A stretch of DNA of 64,000 nucleotides from Candidatus Omnitrophota bacterium (GCA_043809145.1 JAZDED010000034.1:6423-70422); one strand, 5' to 3'; shown: positions 28,918 through 38,315, counted from the stretch's first letter. Numbers and translations: made by a program. The notes: generated by a model not told the origin, from the sequence alone.

Positions 28918-30072
28918 TTACCTCCTCTTTAGAAATATTTTTATTCTATACAAAGCCTCTTTGATATTATCCATGCTCGAAGCGTAAGATATACGCACGT
29001 AATCTGTAAACTGGTCTCCAAAAGCTGTGCCCGGAACAAGGGCAACCTTCTCTTCTTTTAAAAGCCTTTGGGCAAAATCCAAACAATTCCTGCTGTATTT
29101 TTTTATTGAAGGGAAGGCATAGAATGCTCCATTAGGTTTATGGCATTTTAAACCCAAGGCATTCAAACCATCAACCACTATTTCCCTGCGCCGCATATAT
29201 TCCCGCTTCATCTCTTCCACAGCAACCTTGCCTGAATGCAGGGCCTCGCAAGCAGCCATTTGAGACGTAATAGACACGCACATAATCGTATATTGGTGAA
29301 TCTTAGTCATAGCAGCAATAACTTCCTTTGGGCCGCAGGCATAACCCACGCGCCAGCCGGTCATAGCATAACCTTTGGAAAAACCATTTAAATAAATCGT
29401 CCTCTCCTTCATTCCGGATAGAGTCGGCAACGGCGTATGCTCAAAATCATAACTTAAATCACTGTAAATCTCATCAGTGATACATAAAAGTTTATGCCTT
29501 AATATCACATCCTTAAGAGCATTTAATTCTTTTTTAGTATAAGAGACCCCTGTCGGATTGGATGGATAATTAAGGAATACAGCCTTAGTCTTGGCATCAA
29601 TATGCTTCTTCAACATGCCGGCAGTCAACTTAAAATTATTCTTACTGGTATCAATAAATACCGGCACACCTCCTGCTAATTCCGTTAAAGGCCCGTAGGA
29701 AACATAGCTGGGACTGGGAATAATCACCTTATCAAGCGGATTAAGTATAGCCCGTAAGACCAGGTCCTTAGCTTCGCTGACTCCGACAGTAATTAAAATC
29801 TCTTCATCCGGACAATATTCCATACAGAAGGTATTCTTTAGGTAACGGCTAATGCTTAACCTTAATTTATAAAGCCCCTTATTAGAGGTATAAGAAGTAA
29901 AGCCCTGTTCCAAGCTGGATATCCCGGCTTCTCTGATCGGCCAGGGAGTGACAAAATCCGGCTCACCCACGCCCAAAGAAACAATATCCTTCATCCCCAA
30001 CACCAGGTCAAAAAAGGCGCGGATCCCTGAAGGCTTCATATTCTCAACTATTCTGGAAATCTCTCTTTTCAT
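28918..30072 (-). CDS. Class I/II PLP-dependent aminotransferase (aspartate-aminotransferase-like).
   Basis: FSKGYAMTGWRVGY, the PLP-lysine region; 384 aa. Confidence 0.8.
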   Translation of the reverse strand: MKREISRIVENMKPSGIRAFFDLVLGMKDIVSLGVGEPDFVTPWPIREAGISSLEQGFTSYTSNKGLYKLRLSISRYLKNTFCMEYCPDEEILITVGVSEAKDLVLRAILNPLDKVIIPSPSYVSYGPLTELAGGVPVFIDTSKNNFKLTAGMLKKHIDAKTKAVFLNYPSNPTGVSYTKKELNALKDVILRHKLLCITDEIYSDLSYDFEHTPLPTLSGMKERTIYLNGFSKGYAMTGWRVGYACGPKEVIAAMTKIHQYTIMCVSITSQMAACEALHSGKVAVEEMKREYMRRREIVVDGLNALGLKCHKPNGAFYAFPSIKKYSRNCLDFAQRLLKEEKVALVPGTAFGDQFTDYVRISYASSMDNIKEALYRIKIFLKRR

Positions 30073-30115
30073 CCTTAAATCCCTATATTCTATCTACTAC
30101 ATACTACCTGCTGTT

Positions 30116-30601
30116 TTAATATGATATTGCAATCCTCTTATTCTCTTCTCTATGTTTTAAGATTACTCCGTCTTCTTTGTACTTCTTAAGTAAAAAGTGC
30201 GTCACTGTACCCCGGATATTCTCTAAGCACGAGAGCTTTTCTGCTACAAAATTCGAAACAGTATGGATATTCTTACCCTCTACCACTACCAATAAATCAT
30301 AGGTCCCGGAGATAAGATAACAACTGGTAACCTCAGGAAATGAATAGATACGCTCGGCTATCTTATCAAATCCCACATCCTTTTGGGGAACAATATTTAC
30401 TTCAATCAATGCCCTAGCTTCAGAATTATTGTCCCGGATTAAATCACGATTGATTACTGCCTTATATTTGACAATCACGCCTTCCTTTTCATACTTTTGT
30501 ATTGCTTTTTTGACTGCCTCCGGCTTCTTGCGTTTCATCTTAGCTATCTCTTGAGGCGTGGTCCGCGCATCCTTCTCTAAAATCTCTAATATCTCATCCA
30601 T
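30116..30601 (-). CDS. Lrp/AsnC family transcriptional regulator.
   Basis: N-terminal HTH (LEILEKDARTTPQEIAKM) plus a RAM domain; 161 aa. Confidence 0.8.
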   Translation of the reverse strand: MDEILEILEKDARTTPQEIAKMKRKKPEAVKKAIQKYEKEGVIVKYKAVINRDLIRDNNSEARALIEVNIVPQKDVGFDKIAERIYSFPEVTSCYLISGTYDLLVVVEGKNIHTVSNFVAEKLSCLENIRGTVTHFLLKKYKEDGVILKHREENKRIAISY

Positions 30602-30639
30602 TTTCTACCCTCCTAAATTGGTCCGCCGCAAGGCGGAAC

Positions 30640-30682
30640 AATTTACTCCGAGAGCTATAGCACGATACTAGGCTATCGGAGT
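30640..30682. repeat. Palindromic element copy 2 (upstream of the asnC-family gene).
   Basis: AATTTACTCCGAGAGC...ATACTAGGCTATCGGAGTT. Confidence 0.7.
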
Positions 30683-30709
30683 TAAATTATCTTTATTTTC
30701 TTGCTCGCT

Positions 30710-30753
30710 AATTTACTCCGAGAGCTTTTAATACAATACTAGGCTATCGGAGT
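30710..30753. repeat. Palindromic element copy 3 (tandem with copy 2).
   Basis: AATTTACTCCGAGAGC...ATACTAGGCTATCGGAGTT. Confidence 0.7.
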
Positions 30754-30767
30754 TAGAACACCTACCG

Positions 30768-31514
30768 CTAAATATAACAAATCTGCGGCAATCTTCTCTT
30801 ATGCTCAGACCTCTTAACCATTGCTTTGACTTTTTTCACTTTATATAAAGGAAGAATCTGCCTTACCTTTTTCTCCAAAGCCATAAGGATATCATCTAAC
30901 TCCGGATAAGTTATCCCCATCTCACCTTCATCAGTCTGGTCCGGCCATAGCCCGGCAGTAGGAGCTTTTGACATAATCGGTTCAGGAACATTCAAGGCCC
31001 AGGCTAATTGCCTGACCTGGCTCTTTAAAAGACTTCCTATAGGCAAGATATCCACGCCTGCGTCCCCATATTTAGTAGAATAACCCACCATAATCTCGGA
31101 TTTATTTCCTGTGCCGCAAACCAGGTAATTCAGGTTATTGGCAAAATAATACAGAGTCATCATTCTTAAACGTGGTTTCAGATTAGCCTGGCTTAAGCGG
31201 TTTCCTTTCGGAAAAAGGCCCATTAAAGTATCATAGGCCTTAGATAAATCTATGGTTTTAGTCTTTATTCCGAACCTTTTGGCAGTTAATTTAGCATCGA
31301 TCATATCCTGCTTCTGGCTGTGGCATGGTAAGATTAAAGCCAAAACCTTATTCTTTCCCACTGCCTCTTTAGCCAAAGCTAGAATCACAGCAGAATCAAT
31401 GCCGCCAGAAAGGCCTAAAATAATGCCTTTGGCGCCGCTTAATCTAACCTGCTTCTTAATCCAATTTACAATCTTTTTCTTCATGTAACACCCATCAGGC
31501 AACGCTGTTGCCAT
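30768..31514 (-). CDS. nadE: NH3-dependent NAD+ synthetase.
   Basis: PP-loop GLSGGIDSAV. The true start may be the internal Met at 31484 (MKKKIVNWIKK). Confidence 0.8.
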   Translation of the reverse strand: MATALPDGCYMKKKIVNWIKKQVRLSGAKGIILGLSGGIDSAVILALAKEAVGKNKVLALILPCHSQKQDMIDAKLTAKRFGIKTKTIDLSKAYDTLMGLFPKGNRLSQANLKPRLRMMTLYYFANNLNYLVCGTGNKSEIMVGYSTKYGDAGVDILPIGSLLKSQVRQLAWALNVPEPIMSKAPTAGLWPDQTDEGEMGITYPELDDILMALEKKVRQILPLYKVKKVKAMVKRSEHKRRLPQICYI

Positions 31515-31714
31515 TTAGTGACATCCACCAAGCCGGTGTTTCTCTAACTTAAGACTCAGATGGCGAAGGTGAAGAATAGTATATACTACGATTAGTTTAT
31601 AAATTATATACCACTAAATAGATAGGGTCAAGGAGATATTGAGAGGTCCAAAGCTGCACTCAAATCCAGCCCAAGCCCCCGCTTATAACCTTTAAATCGC
31701 TCTAGAAGACAAGG

Positions 31715-31924
31715 TTAAAAACTAGAAACAAGTCCTAGTTTTAGCAAGACTTTCTTTAGAGCATCCAAATCACTTTTAATCAATTCAATATTGGCCATTT
31801 TGACGTTGGGCATTAATGTTGGATTTTGCTCGCAAAGACGATTCTCATTTTCTAATGCTTTAATGCGATAACGCAATACCTTTCTGGATAACTCTTGTGT
31901 GCTCTTTTTAGTCTTCTTTTTCAT
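31715..31924 (-). CDS. Small basic hypothetical protein (69 aa); may not be real.
   Basis: ORF only. Confidence 0.2.
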   Translation of the reverse strand: MKKKTKKSTQELSRKVLRYRIKALENENRLCEQNPTLMPNVKMANIELIKSDLDALKKVLLKLGLVSSF

Positions 31925-32207
31925 TTAAGCCTGGGCAATCTTATGTAGGACCTCGTAGATAAAGGCCTGATAATTTATCCCCATCTTGGGCGCTTCCTCC
32001 TTTCTACTTTCAATAGACGCAGAAAGGAACAGTATCTAATGGAAATATTTGGTGATTTTGGGATTTGGCGCGTCGCTCAAAACACGCCTCGCCAAGGGCA
32101 TCTATTAGATTAGGTTTGAAATTAAAATTTGTTCGGCAGGATATCAGTAGGAGAAAAAATAGAAACGTCCCCTATTTTCCTATATATAGGTCACGGTTAA
32201 TTGGAAT

Positions 32208-32236
32208 TTGACAACTATGATTTTGTAATGTATACT
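32208..32236 (+). promoter_or_regulatory. Near-consensus sigma70 promoter TTGACA-17-TATACT for cassette 1.
   Basis: Read directly. Followed by the GGAGGG Shine-Dalgarno and the ATG at 32259. About 125 nt here are roughly 90% identical to 33342-33465. Confidence 0.55.
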
Positions 32237-32258
32237 TATGTGAATAGTGGAGGGATAT

Positions 32259-32600
32259 ATGGACTGGAAAGAAAATAAGGTTATAGCTATTGGGGCAGGG
32301 GCAGTATTGGTGCTATGTATCATTATGATTGTTATTATCTTACAGCCTAAGAAAACATTGGTAATGCTTATGTCAGATTCAAACCAAGAAATTTTTACTG
32401 GGAAAGTTCCCAATGGCGCTAAGTTTCCTTTGCTTAATCCTAAAACTAAAATGATGGATTTGTATCCTGCTTCAAAGGTAAAATGCGAAAAATGCGGTTG
32501 GGAGGGATACGTGATTACTTTCAAAAAACCGGGCGAACCAGTTGACCCCAGATGTCCTAATTGTAGAGCTCAAACAATATACCTTAGATCTATTAAGTAA
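32259..32600 (+). CDS. Small membrane-anchored zinc-ribbon protein, copy 1 (N-terminal TM, C-terminal CxxC...CPxC).
   Basis: MDWKENKVIAIGAGAVLVLCIIMIVIIL... then ...KCEKCGWEGY...RCPNCRAQ. Paralog of 33437-33835. Confidence 0.6.
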   Translation: MDWKENKVIAIGAGAVLVLCIIMIVIILQPKKTLVMLMSDSNQEIFTGKVPNGAKFPLLNPKTKMMDLYPASKVKCEKCGWEGYVITFKKPGEPVDPRCPNCRAQTIYLRSIK

Positions 32601-32636
32601 TAATTATCTTATGGGGCTTTAAGTAGAGAGGGCCTT

Positions 32637-33104
32637 ATGCTAAGAGATAAAAAAGTCAATACAGGCTTTACGCTGGTTGAAATTATGGTTGTAGTAGCAA
32701 TAATTGGTATTCTTACTGCTACCATAACACCTCAGGTGAGCGGTCTTGTGGATAAAGCTCGTAAGGCCAAAGCCCAGGCAGATGTAAACTCTATTACTGT
32801 CGGAATATTGGCATATGTAGACGATAATACCGGAACGTATCCCGGAGGCAATATCCGTATTGCCCAGGATGGGCAGTGGCTTAATACATATCTGATGGCA
32901 ACTGGAGCAGCAAAAAGGTATTTGCAGAAGAGAATTGAAAATGACCCCTGGAATTTAGCTTACCGTTTTTTTAGCTGCAGCAATTATGCCACTGGCCATT
33001 CTTTTGTTATGAGCCGCGGACAGGATAAAAGCTGTGGAGGTGGTTCTCCTTACCGCTGGGGTAATGCAGCTGTGGGGGATGATGTTGTTGTCTGGATAAG
33101 ATAA
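32637..33104 (+). CDS. Type IV pilin-like / GspG-like (pseudo)pilin, copy 1.
   Basis: Class III signal peptide with prepilin cleavage/methylation motif ...NTG|FTLVEIMVVVAIIGILTA. GspG-like region AKAQADVNSITVGILAYVDDNTGTYPG. C-terminal GDDVVVW. Confidence 0.8.
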   Translation: MLRDKKVNTGFTLVEIMVVVAIIGILTATITPQVSGLVDKARKAKAQADVNSITVGILAYVDDNTGTYPGGNIRIAQDGQWLNTYLMATGAAKRYLQKRIENDPWNLAYRFFSCSNYATGHSFVMSRGQDKSCGGGSPYRWGNAAVGDDVVVWIR

Positions 33105-33144
33105 ATTTAGAAAACATTTTTTCTAGATTTTATTACATACCAAA

Positions 33145-33180
33145 AGGCTGAAGACAAAATTATTCAGCCTATTTAATTTA
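33145..33180 (+). terminator. Weak intrinsic terminator after pilin copy 1.
   Basis: AGGCTGAA...TTCAGCCT stem followed by ATTTAATTTA. Confidence 0.35.
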
Positions 33181-33385
33181 TATGGTAAAATATAATAAAG
33201 CGATATGACAAATTTCCAGAAAAATAGTTTTATTATTCTAGCCATACTGCTATTAGCGGCAATTAATTCTTATTTTTATACCAGCCGCAGCCATATCTTT
33301 AAGGAAGCTGTTATAGCCCGGGCCCCTTCAGTTGTTAAAGCAGAAACGTCCCCTCTTCCATATATAAATCCCGGTTAATCGAAAT

Positions 33386-33414
33386 TTGACAACTATGATT
33401 ATGTAATGTATACT
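33386..33414 (+). promoter_or_regulatory. Near-consensus sigma70 promoter TTGACA-17-TATACT for cassette 2.
   Basis: Identical boxes and spacing to cassette 1. Confidence 0.55.
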
Positions 33415-33436
33415 TATGTTAATAGTGGAGGGATAT

Positions 33437-33835
33437 ATGGATTGGAAAGAAAATAAGGTTATAGGTCTAATCGCAGGTGTAATCTTAATATTTTCTATTA
33501 TATTGGTCATTATTTTGTTGCAGCCGAAAAAAATAAGAATGGCGTTTATGGCTGAGGGCGCAGATGAAGTTTTCGAGATGAATGTCCCTATAGGCACTCA
33601 AGGCCCAGTTGTTAATCCGAAGACAGGGGCCAGGGTTTTATATCCGGCTACAAAATTAAAATGCCAAAAGTGCGGCTGGGAAGGGTGGTTAATTAACTGG
33701 AGGTCAAGCTCAAAACCTCTCTCGCCTAAAGAGCTGGCAAAATTGTCTGACGAAAAGAAGTCGGCTAAAATAAAGTCCGGCTTACCTACTGTTTGCCCTA
33801 GATGCGGCTCTCCGCAATTAAGCCAGATGAAATAA
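33437..33835 (+). CDS. Small membrane-anchored zinc-ribbon protein, copy 2.
   Basis: MDWKENKVIGLIAGVILIFSIILVIILL... then ...KCQKCGWEGW...VCPRCGSPQ. The first 9 codons are almost nucleotide-identical to copy 1; the remainder is about 45% identical at the amino-acid level. Confidence 0.6.
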   Translation: MDWKENKVIGLIAGVILIFSIILVIILLQPKKIRMAFMAEGADEVFEMNVPIGTQGPVVNPKTGARVLYPATKLKCQKCGWEGWLINWRSSSKPLSPKELAKLSDEKKSAKIKSGLPTVCPRCGSPQLSQMK

Positions 33836-33865
33836 ATCTATTATAACTTCTAGAAGGTGGTTATA

Positions 33866-34351
33866 ATGAAAGACAAAGGCTTTACTCTTGTGGAAGTGAT
33901 GGTTGTGGTGGCGATTATCGGTATTTTGGCTACTACGGTTTTGCCCAACGCAACTAACTTAATCAATAAAGCAAAAATAGCAAAGGCGAATTCAGAGCTG
34001 CAATCCTTAGCAGTTGCTATCCTGGCCTATTACGATGACCGCAATAGCTGGCCAGGCGATATTAGTGGCAACGGCTGGAATGATAGCTGTTATATCGGAC
34101 GGACAGTGCGCGGCGGTTGCGGCTTTGGGAATGTTTGTCTTATGTCTACTACGTATGGCGCTACCAGGTATCTAAATAGAGATATTACTCAATCTCCCTG
34201 GGGTGGCGGCTGCGGGACATACCTCTGGAGATCAAGGCCTGATGGCTGGTTTGCTTTTGTCGCTTGTCTTGGCCCAGATAAGACGCGCCAAACCTGCTTT
34301 ACTACTGTAAGGGCACCAGCCGGTGATGACCTCGTAGTTTATTTAGAATGA
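33866..34351 (+). CDS. Type IV pilin-like / GspG-like (pseudo)pilin, copy 2.
   Basis: MKDKG|FTLVEVMVVVAIIGILATT. AKANSELQSLAVAILAYYDD; C-terminal GDDLVVY; several Cys in the C-terminal half. Confidence 0.8.
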   Translation: MKDKGFTLVEVMVVVAIIGILATTVLPNATNLINKAKIAKANSELQSLAVAILAYYDDRNSWPGDISGNGWNDSCYIGRTVRGGCGFGNVCLMSTTYGATRYLNRDITQSPWGGGCGTYLWRSRPDGWFAFVACLGPDKTRQTCFTTVRAPAGDDLVVYLE

Positions 34352-34357
34352 TTTTAA

Positions 34358-34945
34358 ATGCCTTTGTATTTTTACAAAAATAAATTTTTTTATATAACCG
34401 CAGCAATCTTTCTTATTGTTAGCCTTAATTTATATCGATTATTAAGGAATGAAGGAAAAGTAAATCTCTTTCCGGGCTGGGACAAAACAATAGAAACATC
34501 TGGATTTTTCTTCAAGGCGCCTAATAATTGGCCTCTGGCCGTTATCCGGGGAAATAAAGAAAAAGGAGAAGTTGTTTTTTCTCAGCAATTTCATTTCCAA
34601 AGATACAACTGGTACCTGGTTTTTTCTTGGGATAAGCAAGATTTTAATTGGAAAGAGTTACTACCGCCTTTAAAAAAAGATCCTGGAGTCAAGAGCGAAC
34701 CCGAATATAATTTTGGAGAGATTTATCAGAAAGACATTTTATTCCAAAACAAAACCAGGGGATTTAAGAATATTGTTCTTTGGATTAAACGGTCTTGCGG
34801 TATAGTCGAGCGTAACTGGCTTTTTTTGTTCGAATCTAATAATCTGCCGGGGGAGAAATTTTTTTTTAAAGCCCTATACCTTAGCGATAAAAGTCAGGAA
34901 GAGACATTCCGTCGCATTCTAGCTTCCATAAAATTTAAACGATAA
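34358..34945 (+). CDS. Hypothetical protein with an N-terminal TM anchor.
   Basis: Lies 6 nt after the pilin-2 stop; 195 aa; no recognisable family. Confidence 0.4.
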   Translation: MPLYFYKNKFFYITAAIFLIVSLNLYRLLRNEGKVNLFPGWDKTIETSGFFFKAPNNWPLAVIRGNKEKGEVVFSQQFHFQRYNWYLVFSWDKQDFNWKELLPPLKKDPGVKSEPEYNFGEIYQKDILFQNKTRGFKNIVLWIKRSCGIVERNWLFLFESNNLPGEKFFFKALYLSDKSQEETFRRILASIKFKR

Positions 34946-34948
34946 AAT

Positions 34949-35785
34949 ATGGATATTGTAGTTGAAACCCGGGGATTAGGTAAAAATTTTACAAAAGTTA
35001 TTGCTTTGGCGGATTTAAATTTAACCTTAAAGCAAGGAGAGATCTTCGGGCTCCTGGGGCCAAATGGCTCAGGAAAAACCACTTTGATTAAGATCCTTCT
35101 GGGGGTCCTTTTTCCCACAAAAGGCAGCGTCCGGGTTCTAGGGCAGGACCCCAGGGATATCTCAATAAAATATCGGATCGGATTTTTGCCTGAGACTCCT
35201 CAATATTACCCTTTCTTAAATCCGGTTGAGGTTTTAGATTTCTTTGCCCGGCTTTTTAATATCCCCAAAAAATTAAGGAAAATAAGAATAGAAGAATTAA
35301 TTAATCTGGTCAGCTTATCGGATTATAGAAAGAGGAGATTGGGTGCTTTCTCTAAGGGGATGCTCCAGAGGATGGGCTTAGCCGTAAGCCTGATTAATGA
35401 CCCGGATTTTTTATTATTGGATGAGCCGACTGTAGGTTTAGATCCGCTAGGGGCATTCCAGGTCCGGGATTTATTATTAAAATTAAAGGCCGAAGGAAAA
35501 ACTATTTTGCTTTGCAGCCACTTGCTTTCGGAGGTTGAAAGCGCCTGCGACAAAATCGCTGTTCTTTATAAGGGAGTACTGGTAAAAGAAGGCCGGCTCT
35601 CTGAACTTTTGAAGAAAGATGATGAAATCCAGATTAATATTAAAACTAAAGAACCAGCTATCAGGGATAAAATCTTAGCCTTGATAAAAAACATTGAAGA
35701 AACCGAGGTGGATATCGGTTATCCTAATCAATCCCTGGATGAGTTATTCCGCAGTATAATTAAGGATTCAGAGAATGTTAAATAA
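34949..35785 (+). CDS. ABC transporter ATP-binding protein (ABC-2 / export type).
   Basis: Walker A GPNGSGKTT, signature FSKGMLQR, Walker B LLLDEPTVGLD. Confidence 0.85.
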   Translation: MDIVVETRGLGKNFTKVIALADLNLTLKQGEIFGLLGPNGSGKTTLIKILLGVLFPTKGSVRVLGQDPRDISIKYRIGFLPETPQYYPFLNPVEVLDFFARLFNIPKKLRKIRIEELINLVSLSDYRKRRLGAFSKGMLQRMGLAVSLINDPDFLLLDEPTVGLDPLGAFQVRDLLLKLKAEGKTILLCSHLLSEVESACDKIAVLYKGVLVKEGRLSELLKKDDEIQINIKTKEPAIRDKILALIKNIEETEVDIGYPNQSLDELFRSIIKDSENVK

Positions 35786-36545
35786 GGTTTGGGCAATAAC
35801 CATAAATACTTTTAAAGAGGCAATCCGCCGTAAGATCCTCTATGTGTTTTTATTTTCTGCCATAGGCATTATTTTCGTTGGCCGCTTCTTTAACTTTTTA
35901 TCTCCTTCAAACGAAACAAAAATCGCTATTGATATGGGCCTGGCCGGTATTCTTTTTTTTGGGGCCCTTATCGCAATATTTTCCTGCGGGGAGCTGATTC
36001 CCCGGGAGATAGAAAAGCAGACTATCATTACTCTTTTAAGCAAACCAATAAAAAGGATTGAATTTTTGGCAGGTAAATTTCTGGGCGGTTTTCTTTTGGT
36101 ATTTGTGAATTTTCTTTTAATGTCGATTGTATTCCTGGTGATAATTTATTTCAAGGAAAAAACAGTCTCAATAGACCTGGTTAAAGCGCTTTTGCTTACC
36201 TTCTGGGAGCTAATAGTTTTATCTTCGATTGCCGTATGCCTATCTATCTTAAGCTCAACAGTAGCTTTTAACGTAACCGTTACCTTTTCTATTTATATCC
36301 TTGGCCATCTTACGGATTATTTTGTTCATATCGCTAAGCAAGCAGAATATTCGGTTATTTCCGTGTTGCTTATGGTAATTTATACCATAGTCCCTAATTT
36401 TAACCACTTTAATCTCCGGGATAAAGTTGTAGAAGGTTTCTTCATCTCCAATGCCCAAGTATTTGAGGTTTTTCTGTATGGTTTGGTTTATATCGCGGTT
36501 ATGTTAGGCTTATCTTTCCTTTTCTTTCAAGATAAAGAATTCTGA
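35775..36545 (+). CDS. ABC-2 family transporter permease.
   Basis: Six predicted TM helices; overlaps the ATPase gene by 11 nt. Confidence 0.65.
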   Translation: MLNKVWAITINTFKEAIRRKILYVFLFSAIGIIFVGRFFNFLSPSNETKIAIDMGLAGILFFGALIAIFSCGELIPREIEKQTIITLLSKPIKRIEFLAGKFLGGFLLVFVNFLLMSIVFLVIIYFKEKTVSIDLVKALLLTFWELIVLSSIAVCLSILSSTVAFNVTVTFSIYILGHLTDYFVHIAKQAEYSVISVLLMVIYTIVPNFNHFNLRDKVVEGFFISNAQVFEVFLYGLVYIAVMLGLSFLFFQDKEF

Positions 36546-37246
36546 TGCCTTCAAGAATCATTCGTAAATCATTTTTGACCTTAGCCGTCGTTTTACTTTA
36601 TTTTTCCTTATTTTTTATCTCCCGGAAACTTGTTGCATATAGGGGTTTACCGGAACGTTTACTGATTAAGCCGGGAGAATTTGCGGTATTAGTTGCGTTA
36701 GGCGGATTGAAAGGGGTAGCTGCCGACCTGTTATACCTGAAAGCAGATCAGCTATGGCAGGAAAAGAAATGGAAAGAAATGATCCCCTATTACCGGGCAA
36801 TAACCGTGCTGCAGCCGTATTATATTGATTACTGGTCAATAGCCGGTTTTCACATCGCCTGGAACTTGTCTTTTGCCGCTAAAACTCCGGCAGAAAAAGA
36901 GTCCTATATAAAACAGGGGGTAGATTTTTTAAAAGAAGGGCTTAATTATAACCCTGATGCCTATAAGTTATATTTTGACCTGGCTTTTACCTATGACCAT
37001 AAACTTAAAGATTATGGCCAGGCGGTTGAATGGTATAGGAAGGCGATAAACTTTCCCCATCTGGTATATGTGGAGCGTTTAATCGCCCACTGCCTGCGTA
37101 AGAATGGGGATTTACCAGCTGCTTATCAGGAATGGCAAAAATTAAAAGACCTTTATCTTGATGATGAATACCATCAGGATATTGTTAAGCGTAATCTTAA
37201 ATCCGTAGAAGAGGAAATGATAAAGAGTGGCCAGAAGCCCGAATAA
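36545..37246 (+). CDS. Membrane-anchored TPR-like repeat protein.
   Basis: N-terminal TM, then helical repeats (YYRAITVLQPYY..., AVEWYRKAINF...). Confidence 0.45.
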   Translation: MPSRIIRKSFLTLAVVLLYFSLFFISRKLVAYRGLPERLLIKPGEFAVLVALGGLKGVAADLLYLKADQLWQEKKWKEMIPYYRAITVLQPYYIDYWSIAGFHIAWNLSFAAKTPAEKESYIKQGVDFLKEGLNYNPDAYKLYFDLAFTYDHKLKDYGQAVEWYRKAINFPHLVYVERLIAHCLRKNGDLPAAYQEWQKLKDLYLDDEYHQDIVKRNLKSVEEEMIKSGQKPE

Positions 37247-37748
37247 AAAAATATATTTAATAGTTTTATTATTATCATTAACAGTGGCTATAGTTTTCTA
37301 CCCGGGAGGTAAATTGGCTAAAAAAGTAGATTTGGGCGAGGGAATAACCGTAAGTGTCCCGGGGAATTTCCCAAAGCACACCTTAAAGCAGGAAAGTGAT
37401 TTAAGGATTACCTCATTTAATATTCAGCCTCACGAAAAATCACTGAGGTTTATTAACTTTCTTGAGTTTATCGTTTCGGCAGATAAGCTGGATTGCCTAA
37501 AAAGGCTGCCTAAAGAAGGCTATGAAATCGGTAACACCAACGAAGAAAAACTTTTAATAAATAGCCAGAGCGTTATTTTAAAAACCATAGAACTGAAAAT
37601 TACCCATCCCTGCGGCTCAAAGGAAAAAGGTTTAATTTACGCCTTGGAATATTTTTGCCAACCTAAAGACAAATATATTTATCTTCTTACCTTTACTATG
37701 ACTAAAAATGGATTTTTGGATATCGCTAAAACTCTGAAATGTTATTAG
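37227..37748 (+). CDS. Hypothetical exported/anchored protein.
   Basis: N-terminal hydrophobic segment; no family recognised. Confidence 0.35.
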   Translation: MARSPNKKIYLIVLLLSLTVAIVFYPGGKLAKKVDLGEGITVSVPGNFPKHTLKQESDLRITSFNIQPHEKSLRFINFLEFIVSADKLDCLKRLPKEGYEIGNTNEEKLLINSQSVILKTIELKITHPCGSKEKGLIYALEYFCQPKDKYIYLLTFTMTKNGFLDIAKTLKCY

Positions 37749-38314
37749 AGAAGATCAGCACTGCATTGATTTTGGGTCTATCCGCCGAGAGGATTCTACT
37801 TTGCCCTTTTATGGCGATGGGCCTTTCGCTTTCTGACCGTGGGGGAGGCTTAAAATTTATTTTAGGCAGGTTAGCGGGAATCAGCCTTTTAGGCTTGTTT
37901 ATATCCATAATTGGCGTTCCTTTTAATATCCCTCCCTATATATTAGACGGAGTCTTTGGTTTGTTTCTTTTGGGGCTGGGGGTAAACGCGTTATTAAAAT
38001 CAAAACACCAACTTAAGCAGAAGAAATTTTCTAACGCCGGATTTAGTTTGGGTTTATTCAGAGGTATGCTTAATCCCGGAAGAAAGCTTGTTTATCTTTT
38101 ACCGCTTTTATGGGGGATAAGAGTTGTTGACGGCCTGGCGGTTTCGCTGGCCTACGGTTTAAGTTCTTCGGTATATCTTCTTCTGGGATTCTTTTCTGCT
38201 GAGCTCTTAAATAGGGTTTCGGCTTATCAAAAACAGATAAAATTAGCCGGGGCAATAATATTATTATTTTTAGGGGGGTTTTATATTTTTAAGTTCTTTC
38301 AAGGAAGATTATAA
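37739..38314 (+). CDS. Polytopic membrane protein (about 6 TM), unknown family; candidate metal/cofactor transporter.
   Basis: Hydrophobic throughout, with CPFMAMG in the first TM helix. Confidence 0.4.
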   Translation: MLLEKISTALILGLSAERILLCPFMAMGLSLSDRGGGLKFILGRLAGISLLGLFISIIGVPFNIPPYILDGVFGLFLLGLGVNALLKSKHQLKQKKFSNAGFSLGLFRGMLNPGRKLVYLLPLLWGIRVVDGLAVSLAYGLSSSVYLLLGFFSAELLNRVSAYQKQIKLAGAIILLFLGGFYIFKFFQGRL

Positions 38315-38315
38315 G

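Noticed and set aside
33205-33363. 52-aa plus-strand ORF (MTNFQKNSFIILAILLLAAINSYFY...) between the two cassettes.
   Set aside because: It reads through the conserved AGAAACGTCCCCT/promoter region, has no ribosome-binding site and is short. It is probably a chance ORF in AT-rich spacer, though a tiny TM peptide cannot be excluded.
32180-33597. Minus-strand ORFs 32180..32524 and 33328..33597 opposite the pilin cassettes.
   Set aside because: They share peptide segments (ITLFSFQSIYPSTI.ISIHY.IIVVKF) only because they are antisense to the duplicated cassette 5' region. They have no start context and are low complexity.
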